Assembly: GCA_045106895.1 (NCBI GenBank)
Contig: JBGCFM010000086.1
Coordinates: 1-64,000 of the forward strand
Source: Polyangiales bacterium
GTDB taxonomy: Bacteria; Myxococcota_A; Polyangia; Polyangiales; Houyiibacteriaceae
Reading direction: 5' to 3'
DNA: 64,000 nucleotides
Positions 58,800 through 64,000 of this stretch are shown here, piece by piece. The translations under genes were made by a program, and so were the position numbers. Position 1 is the stretch's first letter. Each line of letters opens with the position of its first letter. The notes beneath the pieces were generated by a model, which worked only from the letters and a program-made list of their open reading frames with translations, had not been told where the DNA came from and did no database searches.

Positions 58800-60533
58800 T
58801 TGAAGGTCTGTCCGAGCTGCGGAGCTCGCTATGGCGACGACGCCATTATGTGCGGCATCGATGGCCAGCCTCTGCGCCCTGTTAAAGACGCGCTCATCGG
58901 CCGCACCGTGGGTGGCCGCCACCGATTGATCTCGAGACTCGGCGCAGGCGGAATGTCCGCTGTCTACCTGGCCCGTCATGTGCTCATCGACCGCCTCGTG
59001 GCGGTGAAAACGCTACGACGTGACCTGGCGAAGGACCCCGTGCAGCGGGACCGCTTCGTTCGCGAGGCGCGGGCAGTCAATCGAATCAACCACGAGAACA
59101 TCGTCGAGATTACGGACTTCGGGGAGACCCACGACGGCATCGTGTACCTCGTCATGGAGTTCGTCCCTGGTGAGCCTCTAAACAAGGCTCTCGAGGCAGG
59201 TCGCTTTGACACCGTGCGAGCACTTCGGTTGTGCCGCGAGATGGGGTCGGCGCTCGGCCGGGCCCACGAGATGGGAGTCGTTCACCGAGACTTGAAGCCC
59301 GACAATATTCTCTTGGTGGCTCGCAAGGACGGCACGGAGTCGGTGAAGATATTGGACTTTGGCATCGCCAAGATCCTAGATGCTCCAAGTCTCACGGGCT
59401 CTCAGCAGATATTCGGGACGCCCGGCTATATTGCGCCGGAGTACATTCAATCCACGGACATCGACGGTCGCTCCGACCTCTATTCGTTGGGCGTCATCCT
59501 CTACGAGATGGCCACGGGCGCGCTGCCCTTCGACTACGAGTATCCCGGCGACCTTCTCGTCAAGCACGTGACGGAAGCGCCGATCCCGCCGAGCCAACGC
59601 TACGCTGGCATACAACCTGCCCTTGAAACGTTCATCCTTCGGTGCCTTGAGAAGCTGCCCGACGACCGCTTCCGCGACGCCTATCATTTCCTCGACGAGC
59701 TTGAGCAGATGGCGGGTCGACTGGGCGGTCCAGACACGTGGAGTGCCCCGACCCTTGAGTCGCGGGTGACGCCCGCGGCGTCGGAGCGAATGCACGCGGA
59801 TGCCATCGACGCCATCGTGCTTCACACGATCCCTGCGCCGCCCCCGGACATGGTCGAAGAGGGCGCGATTCCCCAACCTCCGCCCCTTCTTGCACCCGAG
59901 CGGGAGCGGGGGAGCGAAGAAGGTCTCGGACCGGCCGGCGTTCGCCGCTGGCGCGAGCGTTTTGACGCCCTCGACACGTTGGCTCGAAACGAACGTGGGG
60001 CGGTGGATGACAGCGAGGACGCTCGGGATCTGGAGCGGGCTCGGCAGCTCCTTGTTTGCCTTGAGGAGTGCGTCGCAGAGACGGCGGGACATCAGCGTCA
60101 GCTTGAAGCGTTGGCGGCCGGCGCTCGGGATTTTCGTGTGACCCTCGGCCGCGCCATCGACCGCTTGGCTCGTTCGCAGAGCATCGGAAAGCGTGATGAG
60201 CAGCGCCTCGACGCGAAGAGACGGGAACTCCGAGGAGCCCGCGCGACGCACACGAAAGCCGGGGACGCTGAAGGGCGCGCGGATGCGTTGCTTTGGGAGC
60301 AGGCGGCCGTCGAACAAGCCCTTCGCGAGGCGCTCGGTAGCATCGCCCTTGGACAATCCCAGCTGGCGGAGCTTCGTCATGAGCTCACCCAGCGAAATGA
60401 TGAGGCGGAAGCTCGTATTGCTGAGGCGGTCGCTCTGAGCCAGGCAGGCATGGCCCGCGCCGATGAACTAGCCAACGAGCTTCGAATGCCCCTCGACCGG
60501 GTTGAGGCGAAGATTCGCGCTCGATGGGACTAA
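58800..60533 (+). CDS. Ser/Thr protein kinase with N-terminal Zn ribbon and C-terminal coiled coil
   Basis: CPSCG..CGIDG, GAGGMSAVY, VAVK, HRDLKPDN, DFG, GTPGYIAPE. Confidence 0.95.
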   Translation: MKVCPSCGARYGDDAIMCGIDGQPLRPVKDALIGRTVGGRHRLISRLGAGGMSAVYLARHVLIDRLVAVKTLRRDLAKDPVQRDRFVREARAVNRINHENIVEITDFGETHDGIVYLVMEFVPGEPLNKALEAGRFDTVRALRLCREMGSALGRAHEMGVVHRDLKPDNILLVARKDGTESVKILDFGIAKILDAPSLTGSQQIFGTPGYIAPEYIQSTDIDGRSDLYSLGVILYEMATGALPFDYEYPGDLLVKHVTEAPIPPSQRYAGIQPALETFILRCLEKLPDDRFRDAYHFLDELEQMAGRLGGPDTWSAPTLESRVTPAASERMHADAIDAIVLHTIPAPPPDMVEEGAIPQPPPLLAPERERGSEEGLGPAGVRRWRERFDALDTLARNERGAVDDSEDARDLERARQLLVCLEECVAETAGHQRQLEALAAGARDFRVTLGRAIDRLARSQSIGKRDEQRLDAKRRELRGARATHTKAGDAEGRADALLWEQAAVEQALREALGSIALGQSQLAELRHELTQRNDEAEARIAEAVALSQAGMARADELANELRMPLDRVEAKIRARWD

Positions 60534-60614
60534 GGCTCTTGGCGCCTGCGTCGAAGAGTCGGTGTCAGGATTCCCCAGTCTGGCCGTAGGTCTGCTAGGC
60601 TCGCGGGCGAATCG

Positions 60615-61598
60615 ATGGGAGTGCGAATGCAACGCTTGTTTCTAGGATTATTGGTCGGATGTTGGGTGCTTGGTGCAGCCGTTCCAGGGTTGGCACAGAC
60701 ACGTCGTGAGCGGCGTGAGGCGAGAGCCGCGTACGGTCGTGGCCAGGCAGGGATCGAAAGCCAAGACTTTGTGGAAGCCGAGTCGGCGTTCCGCGCGGCG
60801 TTTGCCATCATCCCCAACCCCATCGTCCTTTTGGGCGTGGCCGGAGCGTTGGAGGGTCAAGGCAAGATCACCGAGGCCGTCGCCACCCTCGAGCAGTATC
60901 TTGAGCTGAGCCCCGATGCCGCGGATCGCGCCGAAGTCGAAGCTCGTGCGACGGCGCTTCGCGCGACGCCCGGCCACCTGAGCGTGAGCTCGACGCCGTC
61001 GGGCGCGGGCATCGCCCTCGACGGACAGGACACCGGCGAAGTCACCCCCGCGGAGTTCGACTTGCCGCCGGGTAGCCACGTCATCCGTCTCTCCGCTGCC
61101 GGGCGTCAGCCCGCGGAGTCAACGGTGGAACTTGGCTTCGCAGCACGCGAAGAGGTCGCGCTCGAGCTCGCGGAAGCGGAGCCGGAGGTGAGCACACCCA
61201 TCGTCGTGGACGAGGAGCCCGTGGAGCTCGATGAGGAGGAAGACTCCGAAGAAGAGGAAGAAGAGGACGAGGGCCCCGGGACCGCCGTTTGGGTCACGAG
61301 TGGGCTTGCAGCCGCTGGCCTCGTTGGCGGCACGGTGCTCGGTTTCCTCGCCCTCTCCGAGGAGAGCAACTTCGACGATGAGCCATCCGAAGCCACCGCT
61401 GATCGCGGTGAGCGCTTCGCCATCTTCGCGGATGTCGCTTTCGGCATTGCCGCCGTGAGCGCGATTACAGCCGTGGTTTTGCTCCTCACGAAGGACGACC
61501 CGGACGACGAAGAAGAAGACGCGGAGGCCGTGAGCGCGAGCCTCTCGCCAATGGTTGGACCTTCGGGTGGCGGAATCGCAGCACAGGTGGGGTTCTAG
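60615..61598 (+). CDS. secreted TPR + PEGA domain protein
   Basis: Signal peptide, TPR helices, LSVSSTPSGA.I.LDG..TP..L.PG.H, hydrophobic hairpin, terminal Phe. Confidence 0.85.
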   Translation: MGVRMQRLFLGLLVGCWVLGAAVPGLAQTRRERREARAAYGRGQAGIESQDFVEAESAFRAAFAIIPNPIVLLGVAGALEGQGKITEAVATLEQYLELSPDAADRAEVEARATALRATPGHLSVSSTPSGAGIALDGQDTGEVTPAEFDLPPGSHVIRLSAAGRQPAESTVELGFAAREEVALELAEAEPEVSTPIVVDEEPVELDEEEDSEEEEEEDEGPGTAVWVTSGLAAAGLVGGTVLGFLALSEESNFDDEPSEATADRGERFAIFADVAFGIAAVSAITAVVLLLTKDDPDDEEEDAEAVSASLSPMVGPSGGGIAAQVGF

Positions 61599-61635
61599 AA
61601 TGGCCAACTCAAACATGCGAAAAGTGGGTACGAAG

Positions 61636-62778
61636 ATGCAACTTGAACGCCTGAGCCTCCTCGCAGCATCCGTTCTGTTCCTGAGCGCCTGCGAGCTCGT
61701 GGTGGACTTCGATCGCTCTCTCATCGTCGATGCGTCGGCGGACGTCGTCGCGCCTGACAGCGACACGCCAGATAGCGGGCCGGACGCAACGGACGGCGGG
61801 CCTGACCCTGACGGCGGTCCTGACGGCGGTCCTGACGGCGGTCCCGATGGCGGTCCCGACGCGGGTCCGGACGGTGGACCTGATGCCGGTCCACCGGAGT
61901 GCACCATGGCGGCTCAGTGTGACGACGCCGTCACGTGCACCATGGATGACTGTGTGGAGATGAGCTGCGTTCAGACGCCGATGGATTCCCTCTGCGACGA
62001 CGCGAACATCTGCACCGTCAACACATGCGATGCCGTGACGGATTGCCAAGCGACGAGCTGTTCCTTGGTCATCGACACTCCCGCCTTTCCGGAGCTAAGC
62101 ACCGTCATTCGTTTGGCGAGCGTCGATGGTGGCGAGGGCGGACTTCTCGCCGTTGTCTTCGATGACAACGCAGGCGTCCCGGACATGCCACTCGGTGCAT
62201 TGACCGTGGCCGCTGGCGCATCGATGGACCTCGACATCGAACTTTCACGACCCGTCGTGAACGACGAAGTCATCTATGTTCAGCTCTTCGAAGACTTGGG
62301 CACCGTGGGCAGCTACGACGATGGCGTCGACGTCGCCGCGCAAGACGCGATGGCGATGGATGTCATCGACGATGTCACCGTCGCGCTCGCGGCTGGGCTT
62401 CCGGACTTTGAGGTCGTCGTCAGTGGCGCTGTCCCAGACTACAACTTCTCGATGGCGCGTCCGTCCACCGTCACCATTGCGGGTGCTGACCCCGAGTTGG
62501 TTCTCATTCGTGGCCGCCGATACCGCATTCGCAACGTGCTGCCTCTCGACCATCCCTTCGAGTTCATCATCGCGGGAACGCCGGACACCGTCCAGTTGGC
62601 TCAGGGGGCAGGCACAGTGGGCGCCGTCGAAGGAGAGGCCACGATCGCGTGGGACGAGTCCGACAGCCAGGATATCGTTTTCACGGTGAGTGCCGAGTTC
62701 GAACTCGCTGTGGACTCTTACCGCTGTCGGATTCATACGGCCAGCATGCGCGGCACCGTGACGTACGCGAACCCTTAG
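61636..62778 (+). CDS. multidomain lipoprotein with PDGG repeats, CTDC-like Cys repeats and C-terminal cupredoxin-like domain
   Basis: Lipobox LSAC; CDD..CT.D.C twice; HPF...YRCRIHTASM type-1 copper-like ligands. Confidence 0.75.
   Translation: MQLERLSLLAASVLFLSACELVVDFDRSLIVDASADVVAPDSDTPDSGPDATDGGPDPDGGPDGGPDGGPDGGPDAGPDGGPDAGPPECTMAAQCDDAVTCTMDDCVEMSCVQTPMDSLCDDANICTVNTCDAVTDCQATSCSLVIDTPAFPELSTVIRLASVDGGEGGLLAVVFDDNAGVPDMPLGALTVAAGASMDLDIELSRPVVNDEVIYVQLFEDLGTVGSYDDGVDVAAQDAMAMDVIDDVTVALAAGLPDFEVVVSGAVPDYNFSMARPSTVTIAGADPELVLIRGRRYRIRNVLPLDHPFEFIIAGTPDTVQLAQGAGTVGAVEGEATIAWDESDSQDIVFTVSAEFELAVDSYRCRIHTASMRGTVTYANP
61790..61892 (+). repeat. intragenic 12-bp tandem repeat (PDGG)
   Basis: cctgacggcggt repeated with variants. 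Confidence 0.8.
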
Positions 62779-62824
62779 GAAAGCTTGCGATTGAAGATCG
62801 GCCCGCGCGCACCGTCTGAGGTGC

Positions 62825-64000
62825 ATGCGGGCTTTTTCTTTTGCGCTTTCACTCCTAGTTTTCGGGGCTTCTGCAGGAGCCACCGCGCAGCGAGCGGCGG
62901 CGGGAGGAGCGGCGGAGGCGCGCCTTGAGAGCTTCGACCGTCGCCAACGACAGCTGCTAGAGCCGTACTTGGAACGCGGCCCCGCACTTCTCGCGCGCTT
63001 CTACAACGCGGACAGCGACATGCCGGCGGTTTCCATCGCGTCTTATATAGAAGCTGCGCCTGAAGATGTTGCTCGCGTCGTCACACAGCCTGCGGACTAC
63101 GCGCGGTTTATGCCGGCGCTCGACTCCGTGGAGATCGAGTCGCAGCACGCTACGCAGACAGCGTACTCATGGACGTGGACCCTCGCGCTCTTTACGCTTC
63201 GCGGCCGAAACGTCATGACGAACTACGGCGGTAACGCCACTCGGGGCTACCGCGTTGACGTCCGGAGCACGCAAGGAGACCTAGGCCAGGGGCGCTTTCT
63301 TTGGCGCATTTACCCCGCCGGCGAGGGGCGCTCTCTTGTCGTGCTTTCTTCACGTACGGACATGCGTGGCGCGAACTATGTCGCCGACCAGCTCTCATCC
63401 GGGGGGCGCTCGGTGCAGAGGACCATCAACATCTCCATGGCGATGGTGATGTTGCTCGGGACCAAGAACGAAGCACAGCGTGTCGCTGGTTACGTGGAAC
63501 CTGAGCGGGAGATCGGAGAACTCGAGCCTCTCGAGATGAACCCACGACACCTCTGGCCACTGCTGGAAGACGGCGACCTGGTGTTCATGGAGCTGTCGGG
63601 GAATCGAATCGACCGTATGGCCACGCTCGGCCGCTCGTCGCGGAACGAAGAGCACACCCGAGCCGTCATGATCGACCCGGAAGAGTTCGGTCGCGCGCTT
63701 ATCTCAGGGAGCACAGCGCATGTGGTGGAGACCCACGATGACCATGTCGTCTTTGAGTGGGGGATCCCTCTTCCTATCATCGGTGTCGAAGGGCGCATGC
63801 GGCTCACACCCACGGACGGCGTCATCAGCGTTGACGGAATGAGCGGCAGTCTTGGTTCCAGTCAGTGGCGTTTCGACACCACCGTCATCTCGCCTCACGA
63901 CACGGCTATCCGAGGTTGGTCCCGCTACGATATGCGCGAGACGAGCGCGGTGATTCGTCGGATGATCGGCGACGACGACGCCTTTTCGCACGGCCTCGCC
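62825..64000 (+). CDS. secreted SRPBCC/START-like protein (3' end outside window)
   Basis: Absent from ORF track because there is no stop; MRAFSFALSLLVFGASAGATA.. then APEDVARVVTQPADYARFMPAL. Confidence 0.7.
   Translation, partial: MRAFSFALSLLVFGASAGATAQRAAAGGAAEARLESFDRRQRQLLEPYLERGPALLARFYNADSDMPAVSIASYIEAAPEDVARVVTQPADYARFMPALDSVEIESQHATQTAYSWTWTLALFTLRGRNVMTNYGGNATRGYRVDVRSTQGDLGQGRFLWRIYPAGEGRSLVVLSSRTDMRGANYVADQLSSGGRSVQRTINISMAMVMLLGTKNEAQRVAGYVEPEREIGELEPLEMNPRHLWPLLEDGDLVFMELSGNRIDRMATLGRSSRNEEHTRAVMIDPEEFGRALISGSTAHVVETHDDHVVFEWGIPLPIIGVEGRMRLTPTDGVISVDGMSGSLGSSQWRFDTTVISPHDTAIRGWSRYDMRETSAVIRRMIGDDDAFSHGLA

Overview
GC-rich, gene-dense bacterial chromosome segment with about 60 CDS. 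Gene content points to Myxococcota (Polyangiales/Sandaracinaceae-like), possibly marine; this is an inference from the Cys-rich lipoproteins with Asp-Ala-Gly linkers, ECF cassette, Ser/Thr kinase with TPR-PEGA neighbour and NavPp-type channel. Housekeeping genes include recN (5' truncated), dinB, pyrG, ppk1, add, tcdA, hppD, rlmN, era, der and lgt. I found no rRNA, tRNA, CRISPR array or transposase. Most interesting: (1) a four-gene cassette of putative outer-membrane protein, ECF sigma, TPR-like anti-sigma and Kunitz-like lipoprotein, with a near-identical bipartite motif upstream of both the sigma and the lipoprotein; (2) a stand-alone phage-type AEP primase-polymerase-like gene with altered motifs and an acidic tail; (3) an orphan aKG-HExxH enzyme in a same-strand run with a TLEDWTD voltage-gated channel and a sirtuin lacking zinc cysteines; (4) a 157-bp MITE inserted at a stop codon; (5) tandem duplications anchored on stop codons; (6) a SUKH-like gene abutting a broken SDR. 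All calls come from reading motifs by eye; no database search was run.
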